DNA of 64,000 bases from Candidatus Binatia bacterium (GTDB lineage: Bacteria; Desulfobacterota; Binatia; UBA1149), in contig JBHHVL010000001.1 in the NCBI GenBank assembly GCA_046754245.1, forward strand, positions 48,577 through 112,576, given 5' to 3'. Under the pieces are notes generated by a model. That model did not search any database. It was not told the DNA's origin and saw nothing but the letters and a program-made list of their open reading frames with translations. The translations under genes were made by a program, and so were the position numbers. Of the stretch, positions 1-9,505 are shown one piece after another (position 1 is the first letter of the stretch; every line of letters begins with the position of its first letter).

Positions 1-1
1 C

Positions 2-337
2 GCGGCCACCGTGTCATCCTCTGGAATCGACTGTGCACTCCTCGCGAACAACGTCGCTGTCGAAGGCGCGGCAGTTCGCCGGATCCGAGATGGCAAGCTG
101 CCGGTTGCCTGGTACGCGCTACGCGAGGGAACCCTCGAGTCCGGGGTCGCCGAGCCCGGAGACCGGGACTGGCCCCTGCCTCCGCCGCTCCGGCGCGGGA
201 ACCGCACGTCATCCCAACCCCGAGGTATGCATTTCGCGTTGCAGCAGGCGGGGGCCTGTGAAGCTGCCGGTCTCTGTTTGGTCCGCTTGCTGGGCTGGCC
301 GCAGGAACTCTCCCGCGACGAGGTGGATTTTGCTTAG
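2..337 (+). CDS. 3' end of a hypothetical protein, truncated by the window edge
   Basis: Frame open from the window start to TAG at 335-337; overlaps the probable TTG start of the next gene by 8 nt. No recognisable motif. Confidence 0.35.
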   Translation, partial: AATVSSSGIDCALLANNVAVEGAAVRRIRDGKLPVAWYALREGTLESGVAEPGDRDWPLPPPLRRGNRTSSQPRGMHFALQQAGACEAAGLCLVRLLGWPQELSRDEVDFA

Positions 338-1571
338 TCCCGTACACCTCAAACTCGAGCTCGCCATCCGTGGCCTCCGTTTGGGCGAGGATCTTCGCGG
401 TGATGATCTTTTTCGTCGGCCTGTCGGTGCTCGTGATTACGCGAGTCGGGACCTCGAACTCTTGTTGCCGGAAGAAATCCTCGCCAACTGCCCGGTAGGT
501 ACCGCAGCGTCTTCGCATTCGCCTTTTGTTCTCAACGTAGAGAACGACAGGTTCATGCTCACCCGGGAGAACGTTGGAGCTGACAGAGAAGAAACGGTCC
601 CGGTGAAGGTCGTGCCGCAACCGGCCTTCTACGCCAAGAAGACTTCTCACGGAACGCCTATGTGGCAGGTCGCTACCGTGCACGGCGGCTATATCTCGAT
701 CGATCCCGCCTCGACCTGTGGATTCGCCGTTCAGGGCATGGCGTGCAAGTTCTGTACGCTGGAAGGGGCGCAGACGAAGTCGGCGCCGAGCGCCCGCCCC
801 GTGGATGAGGTGCTCGAAGTAGTCCGGGCCGCGTTCGAAGAAGGAGTGGTGGAGTTCGTCTACTTCAACACCGGCTACTTCGAGGCCGAGGACGGTGGCT
901 TCGCTTTTCTTCAGCCCTACGTCGAGGCCGTCAAACAGCGGTTCGATACGCTGGTCGCCGTTCAGACGAACCCGCCAAAGACAAACGGGTGGATAGACCG
1001 TACCTACGCCAGCGGCGTGGACGCGCTCAGCTACTCCGTCGAGATCTATGACCCCGCTATTCTCTCATCCATCTGCCGCGGACGGGACGAACTGATAGGC
1101 CGGGAACGCTACTATGAGGCCCTTGAGCACGCCGCCAAGATCTTTCCCAGCGGCACGGTTTGGAGTGACCTCGTCGTCGGGCTCGAGCCCGCCGAGTCGA
1201 CGAGAGCGGGCATCGAACACCTCGTCTCCCTCGGCGTCCTGCCGGTCCTGTCACTCTTCCGACCCTTGGACGAAACCGCTCTGAAGGACTATCCCTTGCC
1301 TGATCCCGACGAGGTAGCGCCTCTTTACGCCCTCCTTTACAAGACGGTGAAAGATGCGGGAATCAGCGTACAATGGATGCGTGATCTGGGTTACACGATC
1401 ACCCCGATCGAAGCTCGATTCTTTGCTGGTGAAGATGCTAGATTGGACGTCGCAGTGAGCAGCTTCTACCGCTCCAGGCTGGGAGGGCGGGCGGCTCGTA
1501 GCCTCTCCCGTCTGCGGAGGCGCCTCAGGGTAAAGCAGGTGAGCGAGTCCTTCGACTCCTCGCAACTCTAG
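330..1571 (+). CDS. Radical SAM protein with non-canonical CX8CX2C motif (resembles the MSMEG_0568-type family)
   Basis: Motif CGFAVQGMACKFC plus TIM-barrel-like segments (FNTGY, SYSVEIYD, SDLVVGLE). Start moved to TTG 330, preceded by SD-like GAGGTGGA; ORF-track residues from 33 to 329 look non-coding. Confidence 0.8.
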   Translation: MLSPVHLKLELAIRGLRLGEDLRGDDLFRRPVGARDYASRDLELLLPEEILANCPVGTAASSHSPFVLNVENDRFMLTRENVGADREETVPVKVVPQPAFYAKKTSHGTPMWQVATVHGGYISIDPASTCGFAVQGMACKFCTLEGAQTKSAPSARPVDEVLEVVRAAFEEGVVEFVYFNTGYFEAEDGGFAFLQPYVEAVKQRFDTLVAVQTNPPKTNGWIDRTYASGVDALSYSVEIYDPAILSSICRGRDELIGRERYYEALEHAAKIFPSGTVWSDLVVGLEPAESTRAGIEHLVSLGVLPVLSLFRPLDETALKDYPLPDPDEVAPLYALLYKTVKDAGISVQWMRDLGYTITPIEARFFAGEDARLDVAVSSFYRSRLGGRAARSLSRLRRRLRVKQVSESFDSSQL

Positions 1572-1622
1572 ATGAGGCGCCTGGTTCTCGCTTCGGGCAG
1601 GCAGCTCTCGGAAAAGCGCTAG

Positions 1623-3056
1623 ATGGAAGTAGTAATCGACACCCGTCCGCTGTGGGTCATCCTGTTGGGCCACATGAGCAGACCGCTCAAATTGCTCGCG
1701 GGGGTGGCGGCTTTCTTCCTCATATTCTCCATGACCACACCGCCTGGCCTGACTGAGGCCGGCCAACGAGCTCTCGCGGTTTTCGTTTTGTGCGTGTTCT
1801 TCTGGGTCCTCAACGTCATCCCCCTGATGATTACGAGTTTGATGGCCATCGCGCTCCTCCCGCTTACGGGTGTGATGTCGTCGGAGCAGGCCTATTCCTT
1901 GTTCGGCAACTCAGCCGTGTTTTTCATACTCGGAGCGTTCATTCTCGCCGCCTGCCTGATGAAGTCCGGCCTCTCGACGCGACTCGGCCTCCTCTTTCTG
2001 CGTCGGTTCGGCCATTCGCCGCGCAAACTACTCCTGTCCATATTCTTGCTAAACGCGCTGATGTCGTTCTGGATGTCCGAGCACGCGGTTGCTGCGATGA
2101 ACTTCCCTATCGTGATGGAAATAGTTGCCGTTCTGGGGCTGCGTCCGTTCCGAAGTTCTTACGGTAAGGCCTTGTTTCTCGCCTTGGCTTGGGGTTCGAC
2201 CATTGGCGGCGTAGCGACCCTGCTCGGCGGCGGCAGGGCCCCTCTCGCGCTCGGCATCCTGGAGCAAAACGTCGGCGGTTCACCGTACACCTTCCTGAGC
2301 TGGTCGATGCACGCGCTTCCGGTGGTGGCGATCATGATCGTTGTCGGTTACGTCGTAATCACCCGATGGTTTCCGATCGACATCGACAGCGTGGCTCCCG
2401 CCGAATCGGCGCTGGCCAAGAAAGTCGAGAAGCTCGGTCCCATGGCCTGGGACGAGAAGGCCATTGGGCTGGTGATGCTTGCGACGGTCGCCGCCTGGAT
2501 TCTAATCGGCCACGATCTGGGCCTGGCCAACGTGGCGATAGCCGCGATCGTCGTGCTGTTCACTCTGCGCCTCGTAGCCTGGCGAGACGTGGAAGAGTAC
2601 GTGAACTGGGGAATCGTGCTGATGTATGGAGGCGCCATTTGCTTGGGAGCGGCGCTCAACGAATCTGGAGCAGCGCGTTGGCTCGCCGACCGTAGCATCG
2701 GGGTCTTCGCCGACTCGCCTTCGGCTGCGGTGGCTGCGATTTCGGCTTCGTCGTGGTTGCTGACCGAGGCCATGAGCAACTCGGCGGTCGTCGCGCTGAT
2801 GATGCCCATGGGACTCGGGCTGGCGGACAGCATAGGCCTCGTCCCAGCTGTGATTGCCCCGATCGTTGCCATACCGGCTGGTCTGGCCTTTGCCTTTCCC
2901 ATCGGCACTCCTGCAAACGCCATCGCCTACTCCTCGGGCTATCTGAGACTACGCGACCTCATTGTTCCTGGGGCATTGATGGGGCTCGTGTCGTGGATAA
3001 CCTTCAACCTAACGGTGAACATCTACTGGGTGTGGAGAGGCTACATACACCTCTGA
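1623..3056 (+). CDS. DASS/SLC13 family sodium-coupled anion (sulfate/dicarboxylate) symporter
   Basis: Many hydrophobic helices; motifs WMSEHA, GGVATLLGGGRAPL, TEAMSNSA, PIGTPANAIAY. Confidence 0.9.
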   Translation: MEVVIDTRPLWVILLGHMSRPLKLLAGVAAFFLIFSMTTPPGLTEAGQRALAVFVLCVFFWVLNVIPLMITSLMAIALLPLTGVMSSEQAYSLFGNSAVFFILGAFILAACLMKSGLSTRLGLLFLRRFGHSPRKLLLSIFLLNALMSFWMSEHAVAAMNFPIVMEIVAVLGLRPFRSSYGKALFLALAWGSTIGGVATLLGGGRAPLALGILEQNVGGSPYTFLSWSMHALPVVAIMIVVGYVVITRWFPIDIDSVAPAESALAKKVEKLGPMAWDEKAIGLVMLATVAAWILIGHDLGLANVAIAAIVVLFTLRLVAWRDVEEYVNWGIVLMYGGAICLGAALNESGAARWLADRSIGVFADSPSAAVAAISASSWLLTEAMSNSAVVALMMPMGLGLADSIGLVPAVIAPIVAIPAGLAFAFPIGTPANAIAYSSGYLRLRDLIVPGALMGLVSWITFNLTVNIYWVWRGYIHL

Positions 3057-3201
3057 AGGAACGCGTCCGTCACGAAACGCCCATCGGGTCTGCGGCACCG
3101 GGTCTGGCCTCCTGGACCCGGGAAAACCAGGAAACTTGGGTACGCAAGGTACTTAGGGTAGAGTTGTTTATTCGTTTTTCACAACCCGGAGAACCAGACC
3201 C

Positions 3202-4464
3202 ATGAATGACCTAGTACCTCCACATGGAGGCCTGCGCGAGCCGGTCGATCTGACCGTTGGCGAGGACGAGAGAGAAGAATTCCTGGCTGAAGCGCAAAGC
3301 CTGGCGCGCGTCCCGGTGTCGGCAGCTGACCTGTCTACCGTCTACCGTTTCGCAGACGGAACGCTGAGCCCGCTCACGGGCCCGATGGACTCGGGCATGT
3401 GGAACCGCGTACTCGAACGGTCGAATATAGAGCACGAAGGTAGGGAGTACGCCTGGACCATACCCCTCGCCCTTCCCGTCAGCAGCGAAACCGCCTCCGG
3501 CCTTTCAGTAGGGCAGAGGGTCGCACTGGTCTCCTCACCGGCCGGAGAACTGGTCGCAACCCTTGATGTGTCCGACGTCTACGAGTGGGACAAGCCGCGT
3601 TACCTCAGCAAGGTCTACGGCACCGAGCGTACCGATCACCCGGGTGCAGACATGGTCCTGGTCAACGACAAGGACCTTAGTCACCTCGTCGGCGGTACTA
3701 TCAGGTCGCTTCCCCAGCCCCTCAACGAACACTTCAGCCAGTATGTCCTGTCCCCCCGTGGGGTCAGGTCGCTGCTAGCCGAAAAGGGCTGGGAGCGGGT
3801 AGTAGCTTTCCAGACTCGTAATCCACTGCACCGAGCGCACGAGTACGCCCTGGTATACGGGCTGGAAACGCTGTTGCGCCAGGGTTTCAACGCTGGAGCC
3901 TGTCTCAACCCCCTGATAGGAGAAACCAAAGAGGACGACGTCAACGCCGACGTGCGCATGCAGACCTATGAACGCCTCATCGAGTCGCGCGCCATCGGTG
4001 AAGGGGACAGTGATCCGGAACTCTGGGGCCCGAGAGACGACGAGGTTGCCGACCGGGTTCTTCTTCTTGGGCTCGACATCAAGATGTTCTACGGCGGACC
4101 CAACGAAGCGGTGATGCACGCCATCTACAGGCAGAACTATGGCTTCACTGACATAGTCATAGGACGGAAGCACGCCGACGCCCCTTACCACGACGGAAGC
4201 GCGATCTGGGGCGACTTTGACGCTCAGAGGATATTCTCCCAACTGACCGGCGAACTGCAGATAGAACCGCTCGAGGTCGGTTTTGCGGCTTACTACGAAT
4301 CTCTCGGCCGGGTTGACCTGATGGAAAACCACTCGGACGAAAAGCCAGTGTTCATATCGGGCAAGGACGTACGCAAGACACTGCTCTCGGGAAACAAAGT
4401 AGATCCCCGCATAATGAGGGAAAGTACCTCCGAGATACTCGCCCGGCACATGGCTGCTTCGTAG
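3202..4464 (+). CDS. sat: Sulfate adenylyltransferase (ATP sulfurylase, Sat type)
   Basis: N-terminal [35 protein letters not shown] (variant of GRDHAG); SD GGAGA upstream. Confidence 0.93.
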   Translation: MNDLVPPHGGLREPVDLTVGEDEREEFLAEAQSLARVPVSAADLSTVYRFADGTLSPLTGPMDSGMWNRVLERSNIEHEGREYAWTIPLALPVSSETASGLSVGQRVALVSSPAGELVATLDVSDVYEWDKPRYLSKVYGTERTDHPGADMVLVNDKDLSHLVGGTIRSLPQPLNEHFSQYVLSPRGVRSLLAEKGWERVVAFQTRNPLHRAHEYALVYGLETLLRQGFNAGACLNPLIGETKEDDVNADVRMQTYERLIESRAIGEGDSDPELWGPRDDEVADRVLLLGLDIKMFYGGPNEAVMHAIYRQNYGFTDIVIGRKHADAPYHDGSAIWGDFDAQRIFSQLTGELQIEPLEVGFAAYYESLGRVDLMENHSDEKPVFISGKDVRKTLLSGNKVDPRIMRESTSEILARHMAAS

Positions 4465-4477
4465 CCGTACGCGCCGC

Positions 4478-4783
4478 TCAGGGCTCGGGAACCGCAAGGG
4501 CTATATTGTAGCCGAAGACCTCGGTGAGCAGAAAGTATACGGCCAGGAGGCTGGCCAGGAGGGTGGCAAGCGCTCCGACGGCTACGCCGGAGAGCATGAT
4601 GATGCTGATGCAGCCGGCCACCGACACCAGAGGGGTCAACACCCCCGAGCTATTGAAGGGAGCCACCGGCGCGAGAAGGCTCGAGAACCCACTGTCCTCC
4701 CCTTCCTCCACGAAAGCATTGAAAAGGCCTTCGAACTGCTGGCCCATCCCACCCAACATCGCGCCAAAGTCGAAGTCCATCAA
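4478..4783 (-). CDS. Small hypothetical membrane protein (acidic N-terminus, hydrophobic C-terminus)
   Basis: 4-nt overlap with the upstream gene; last gene of the ECF operon; about two hydrophobic segments. Confidence 0.6.
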   Translation of the reverse strand: MMDFDFGAMLGGMGQQFEGLFNAFVEEGEDSGFSSLLAPVAPFNSSGVLTPLVSVAGCISIIMLSGVAVGALATLLASLLAVYFLLTEVFGYNIALAVPEP

Positions 4784-5421
4784 CGAATGTCCACGTCCGG
4801 TTTGGTCGTAGCTGGCTCGGTCGCGTCTGGCCCGGTCTGGCCCGGCGCTGGGGTCGGTGCCGTCGCCCGGACCGCCTGCGCTGGGCCAGCAACTCGATCG
4901 ACGGCCTGCGGTACTTGCTCGGGATCGATTCTCGCCGCAGAACCCGAGCGCGACGGCGGCGTCGCCCGAATGGCAAGGATCAGCGTTCCCTTTTCGTCTT
5001 TGGGCCCACCAAGAAGTATCACCCCCTCTCTGTTGATCACCACGTCGGTGTTGACGATCGGCCGGTTGTTTTCGTTGATCAAGACCCTGAGCTTGAGATG
5101 CTCAGGACTACTGTCGAGAGCGGTGATGTGAAGGTAGCGTCCGCCCGGCAACTCGACTCCGTAACGGTCACCGGTACGCACGTCCCTGTGGTGGTCCTTG
5201 ACGAGTTGGTAGTTCTTGAACCGCATGGCACGCAACATGCTTTTGTAGCGGTCCAGCTGCGGATCGAACACCCTGCCCTTGCTACCGTTTGATGCCAGCA
5301 CGGTAGAGACCTGTACGGTGATCGTTTCTCCCGCACGGGCCGTCCCCACACTGGAGAGCAGGGCCGCAACGACCAGAGCGCCGACGCAACCGGCGCAAGA
5401 AGATGTTCTAGTAATCCGCAT
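4780..5421 (-). CDS. Exported hypothetical protein with Pro/Ala/Thr-rich tail
   Basis: Signal peptide ending in ARA; beta-strand-rich core; overlaps the anti-sigma stop codon. Confidence 0.75.
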   Translation of the reverse strand: MRITRTSSCAGCVGALVVAALLSSVGTARAGETITVQVSTVLASNGSKGRVFDPQLDRYKSMLRAMRFKNYQLVKDHHRDVRTGDRYGVELPGGRYLHITALDSSPEHLKLRVLINENNRPIVNTDVVINREGVILLGGPKDEKGTLILAIRATPPSRSGSAARIDPEQVPQAVDRVAGPAQAVRATAPTPAPGQTGPDATEPATTKPDVDIR

Positions 5422-5995
5422 CTTGTACCGTAAAGCTCCCGCTGTGGGCTAACCAGATCACCCGCGTGTTGGTACGCGGCTGTACCCACGTAGACACACT
5501 ATACTCGGAAGAACCCGAAAGAGCGTCCACGCGTGCCGCCCCTCGATACGACTCGGCGTGACGCTGCATGATACGCTGTGCGATCCTCCGGCCCTGGGTT
5601 TGCGGCTGCAGGTGCGAAGACTCTGTCCCAGCGAACGCCAGAATCAAAGCCGCCGCGGCTACAGCCGTGCCCCCAAGGGCAAAGCCTGCGCGCCAGGTAA
5701 AGGTCTCGCGCAACCAGGCACCGACCCTGCCCACAAGCGGATCCGACCGAGATTCGAACTCCCCACCGCCTTCCAGCGACGCCTCCACCTTTTCCCACAA
5801 ACCCGAAACGCCAACGGCCGCAACCATCTCGGTTACGGCCGTTGAAAGTAGGGCCCGGGTCTCCTGAAAAGCCGTCACGATCTTCTCACACGACTCACAG
5901 TCACCGATGTGTAGGCGCAGCGCCCGCGTCTCTTCGTCGGGAAGACGCTGGTCGATGAACAGGTCCAGTTTCTCTTCAAGCTCGGTGCAGCTCAT
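5408..5995 (-). CDS. Membrane anti-sigma factor with zinc-binding HxxxCxxC (zf-HC2) domain
   Basis: MSC...HIGDCESC, one TM helix, directly downstream of the ECF sigma factor. Confidence 0.85.
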   Translation of the reverse strand: MSCTELEEKLDLFIDQRLPDEETRALRLHIGDCESCEKIVTAFQETRALLSTAVTEMVAAVGVSGLWEKVEASLEGGGEFESRSDPLVGRVGAWLRETFTWRAGFALGGTAVAAAALILAFAGTESSHLQPQTQGRRIAQRIMQRHAESYRGAARVDALSGSSEYSVSTWVQPRTNTRVIWLAHSGSFTVQDADY

Positions 5996-6016
5996 CTTAC
6001 CCGCTCCATGACCCGC

Positions 6017-6586
6017 TTAGAGCATCTCCTTTAACTTGGCCTGCAACTGCTTACGCGCGTAGTGGAGTCGACTCATAACGGTTCCCAGAGAGCAGTCCAG
6101 AGACTCACTGATTTCCTCGTAGGACAGCCCGTCCACTTCCCGCAGGAGTATGACGGCCCGGTGTTCTGGCGTCAAACTTTCCATCGCTTGAAAAATCTTG
6201 GCTACCAGCTCCCTGTTCTTGACCCTGGCGTAGGTATCGTCTCCACGGCGAGCCGCGTCGAGTATTTCCCCGCCCCCGGCTGGGGGTAAGGTTTCATCGA
6301 ACTCGATTGTACTACGTTTGCTTTCCCGCCGTTGCAGATCGATTGATAGGTTGATCGCGATTCTGTAGATCCAGGTATAAAAGGACGAGTTACCTCTGAA
6401 TCCGTGGAGGTTTCTGAAGGCCCGTATGAAGGTTTCCTGCACGATCTCGAGGGCGTCTTCGCGGGACCGAATGACACCGATGACGACGGCCAGCACCCTG
6501 TGCTGGTACCGCTCCACCAAGGTGCGCATCGCATCCCTGTCCCCCTGCTGAGCAAGGTTAACGAGTTCGCCATCTGAAAGTGACAC
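6017..6586 (-). CDS. ECF RNA polymerase sigma factor (RpoE/SigW-like)
   Basis: Region 2 (QETFIRAF, SSFYTWIYRIAIN) and region 4 (GLSYEEIS...GTVMSRLHYAR). Confidence 0.92.
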   Translation of the reverse strand: MSLSDGELVNLAQQGDRDAMRTLVERYQHRVLAVVIGVIRSREDALEIVQETFIRAFRNLHGFRGNSSFYTWIYRIAINLSIDLQRRESKRSTIEFDETLPPAGGGEILDAARRGDDTYARVKNRELVAKIFQAMESLTPEHRAVILLREVDGLSYEEISESLDCSLGTVMSRLHYARKQLQAKLKEML

Positions 6587-6677
6587 CCGAGGCGCTCCAT
6601 ACCAGAATCAACAGACGTCAAGGGCCGATCGCTTATTCATACTTTCTTACGGGAAAGCGCTAGATCGGCGAAGTATA

Positions 6678-9365
6678 TTAATGGGCTTCTGCCCAGTTAG
6701 CTCCCCACCCGAGATCAACGACCACTGGAACTGCTAATTTTACCGCTGTCTCCATACTTGAACAAACTACGCTAAGCACCTGTTCCAACTCATCTTTGGG
6801 GCACTCCAGGAGCAATTCATCGTGCACCTGAAGCAGCATCGACGCGGACAGCCCTGATTCCCGCAATCGGCGATCGGTCGACACCATCGCAATCTTGATA
6901 ATATCGGCGGCGCTGCCCTGGATCGGGGTATTGGTAGCCACTCGCTCGGCCATCTGTCGTTTGCCGCCGTGTTCGCTATGTATTTCTGGCAGGTAGCGAC
7001 GGCGTCCAAACAGAGTGGAGACATAGCCGTCGCGTCGCGCCGCGTCGAGCATCTCGTCAAAAAAACGCTGCACGCCAGGATAACGTGCGAAGTAGCGCTC
7101 TATGTAGAGCGCTGCCTCGTCACGGCTGATTCCCAGTTCCCGCGACATTCGCACGGGCCCCATGCCGTAGATGATCCCGAAGTTGATGATCTTCGCTTGC
7201 CGCCTCATCTCCGCCGCCACCGATTCCGGTTTGACGTCAAAGAGTTCGCAGGCCGTGGCGAGGTGAATATCTTCGCTCTCCTGGAAGGCCTGAATCAGGG
7301 CCTCATCCGAAGAGAGGTCGGCAAGTACCCGAAGTTCTATCTGGTTATAGTCGGCAGATACCATCACGTAGCCCTCCGGCACCGTAAACGCCCGCCTTAT
7401 CAGGGCTCCGTCTTTCGTCCGTGTCGGAATGTTCTGTAGGTTCGGATCGCTTGAACTGAGGCGCCCGGTCGCCGTGACCATCTGATTGAGGCGTGTATGT
7501 ACGCGCGAATCTGCGTCGGCAAGTCGAGGAAGAGCGTCGACGTAGGTCGACTTGAGTTTCGCCAGAGCTCTGTATTCCAGCACCAAGCGCGGAAGCGGAT
7601 GATGGGCCGCGAGCGCCTGCAAAGAATCGCTGTCGGTCGAGAAACCGGTCTTGGTCTTTCTGATCCCCCTGGTTGGAAGCTCGAGACGCTCAAACAATAT
7701 CTCACGCAGCTGCACCGGCGAAAGTATATTGAACTCAGCCCCGGCAGCGTCGAACACCTTGGAGACCAGCTCCCGCATGCGATGGTCGAAGTCAGCCGAC
7801 ATGGCCTTGAGCAGCCCCACCTCCAGCAACATGCCCCGCCGTTCGATTCCTGCGAGTATCGCCAGTAGTGGGTGCTCCACGTTCTCGTGGAGTTCCCGCT
7901 GCCCTCTTTCCGCCAGCGCTTCTTCCACCCTGTCGGCAAGCGAGGCGAGCTGCTCCATCGATGCCCGCAACGCGGTTTTCGAACCAGCGTCGGGTTCGAG
8001 CCTCTCCTCGCCCAGAAAACGTCTGCAGACCGTGGCAACGTCGTGCTCGCCCACGGAGGGGTCGTAAAGGTACGAGGCGAGCCCGAGGTCCACGCCGGCG
8101 GGCGTGCGCTCGAGCCCGTGGTCTCTGCACAGCCCCTTCAGATCGAATCCGCGGAAGCTCGTCCCCCCCTCAACGAGACGAGCAACCACGCCCCCGATCG
8201 CTTCGCGGCCTCGGATCAGAACGGGCTCTCCTGCCTCGGCCAGACAGAGCCAGAGTTCTCCGAAGGCATCCTCGCCCCTGGCAAAAACGAGATTCGCCCC
8301 GCACAAACCCATCCAGTCACCACTGATATCTCCAGCCACCGCCTTGGGTTTCTCGTGCTCGACGATCCGAAGGCTCTGGCCGTCGCTTTTGCCCCCATCT
8401 GACACCGCGTCGGGTTCGGCGCTTTCCGTCATGGTCCCGGCCACCTCGGCCCGGGAACCACCATCACTCCCGAGGGCCTTGAGCCTCACCGCCAGGCCCT
8501 TCATCTCCAACTCCTCCGCGAGTCGCATGAGCTGAGGCGTGTAGGGGGAGCTGAAGGCGAGGTCCTCGATGGAAAGCCCGAGTTCCACATCGCGGATCAC
8601 GGTAGCAAGCCGCTTGGATATACGAGCCAGGTCAGCCCCTTCGGCGACTTTCTTCTTCACAGAGGCGGCTCCTCGTATCTCGAGTTGCTCAATCTCATCT
8701 AGCCGTTCGTACATGTCCTCGATCGAGCCAAAGTGGGCGATGAGCGCCGTCGCGGTCTTGGGACCGATGCCTCGAACACCGGGTATGTTGTCGGAGGAAT
8801 CTCCCATCAGAGCGAGAACGTCGGTCACGCCAGACGGCGGAACTCCGAACTTGTCGATTACCTCGCTGTCCGACACCCTCGACCCTCTGAAGGGATCGAA
8901 GAGGCTGACGTGAGGACCGACGCACTGCATCAGGTCCTTGTCGCCGGTGACGATCACGACCGGCCGCTGCTCGCCAGCAAAACGGCTGGCCATGGAAGCA
9001 AGGAGATCATCCGCTTCGTATCCGCTCTTTCGCACCGCTCGGATGGCCATCGCGTCCACCAAGCGCTCGATGAAGGGGAACTGAAGCCTGAGGTCTTCCT
9101 CAGGCTCCGCCCGGTTGGCCTTGTAGGCTGCGTAGATGTCGTTTCGGAAGGTTCTGCGCGCACTGTCGAAAGCCGCCGCCATGTAACTGGGTTTCTCGAT
9201 CCTGATGAGCTTCTCGAGGATGTTGGTCACACCGTGGACGGCGTTGGTAGGAATCCCACCCGAGGTGTTGAGCTGCGGCAGCGCGTGGTAGGACCTGAAT
9301 ATGAAGTAACTGATGTCGAGCAAGTAGACACTACTGGCCGTCTCGTCGCGCACGTCGCTCAACAA
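6678..9365 (-). CDS. polA: DNA polymerase I
   Basis: 5'-3' exonuclease motifs (YKANR, EADD, GDKD, GDSSDNIPG); polymerase motifs TGRLSSSDPNLQNIP, ADYNQIELR, QVHDEL. Exact start uncertain. Confidence 0.97.
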   Translation of the reverse strand: MLSDVRDETASSVYLLDISYFIFRSYHALPQLNTSGGIPTNAVHGVTNILEKLIRIEKPSYMAAAFDSARRTFRNDIYAAYKANRAEPEEDLRLQFPFIERLVDAMAIRAVRKSGYEADDLLASMASRFAGEQRPVVIVTGDKDLMQCVGPHVSLFDPFRGSRVSDSEVIDKFGVPPSGVTDVLALMGDSSDNIPGVRGIGPKTATALIAHFGSIEDMYERLDEIEQLEIRGAASVKKKVAEGADLARISKRLATVIRDVELGLSIEDLAFSSPYTPQLMRLAEELEMKGLAVRLKALGSDGGSRAEVAGTMTESAEPDAVSDGGKSDGQSLRIVEHEKPKAVAGDISGDWMGLCGANLVFARGEDAFGELWLCLAEAGEPVLIRGREAIGGVVARLVEGGTSFRGFDLKGLCRDHGLERTPAGVDLGLASYLYDPSVGEHDVATVCRRFLGEERLEPDAGSKTALRASMEQLASLADRVEEALAERGQRELHENVEHPLLAILAGIERRGMLLEVGLLKAMSADFDHRMRELVSKVFDAAGAEFNILSPVQLREILFERLELPTRGIRKTKTGFSTDSDSLQALAAHHPLPRLVLEYRALAKLKSTYVDALPRLADADSRVHTRLNQMVTATGRLSSSDPNLQNIPTRTKDGALIRRAFTVPEGYVMVSADYNQIELRVLADLSSDEALIQAFQESEDIHLATACELFDVKPESVAAEMRRQAKIINFGIIYGMGPVRMSRELGISRDEAALYIERYFARYPGVQRFFDEMLDAARRDGYVSTLFGRRRYLPEIHSEHGGKRQMAERVATNTPIQGSAADIIKIAMVSTDRRLRESGLSASMLLQVHDELLLECPKDELEQVLSVVCSSMETAVKLAVPVVVDLGWGANWAEAH

Positions 9366-9450
9366 TCTATCCCAATCTCATCCTAACGACCACCCACGTG
9401 GGTGGAGCCCCGGATGCCAGACACAAGACGGACGAAGAGAGTACCGAGTG

Positions 9451-9479
9451 TTGACAGCCAAGCCGGCGACGGCTACTTT
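9451..9479 (+). promoter_or_regulatory. Sigma70-type promoter for the ABC/DUF4340 operon
   Basis: TTGACA (9451-9456), 17-nt spacer, TACTTT (9474-9479), upstream of ATG 9506. Confidence 0.65.
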
Positions 9480-9505
9480 TCTTTTTTCGAGTCATTGCAC
9501 ACGCG

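Noticed and set aside
33-329. N-terminal extension of the radical SAM ORF
   Set aside because: Arg/Pro/Ser-rich, non-protein-like sequence; a better start with an SD exists at 330.
3057-3201. Riboswitch (SAM-type) upstream of sat
   Set aside because: Only a single CCGGGTC/GACCCGG stem; no SAM-I/II consensus or terminator is recognisable.
6624-6676. Nested inverted repeats between polA and the ECF sigma gene
   Set aside because: Short stems with no U-tract or known RNA motif; not enough to call a terminator or ncRNA.
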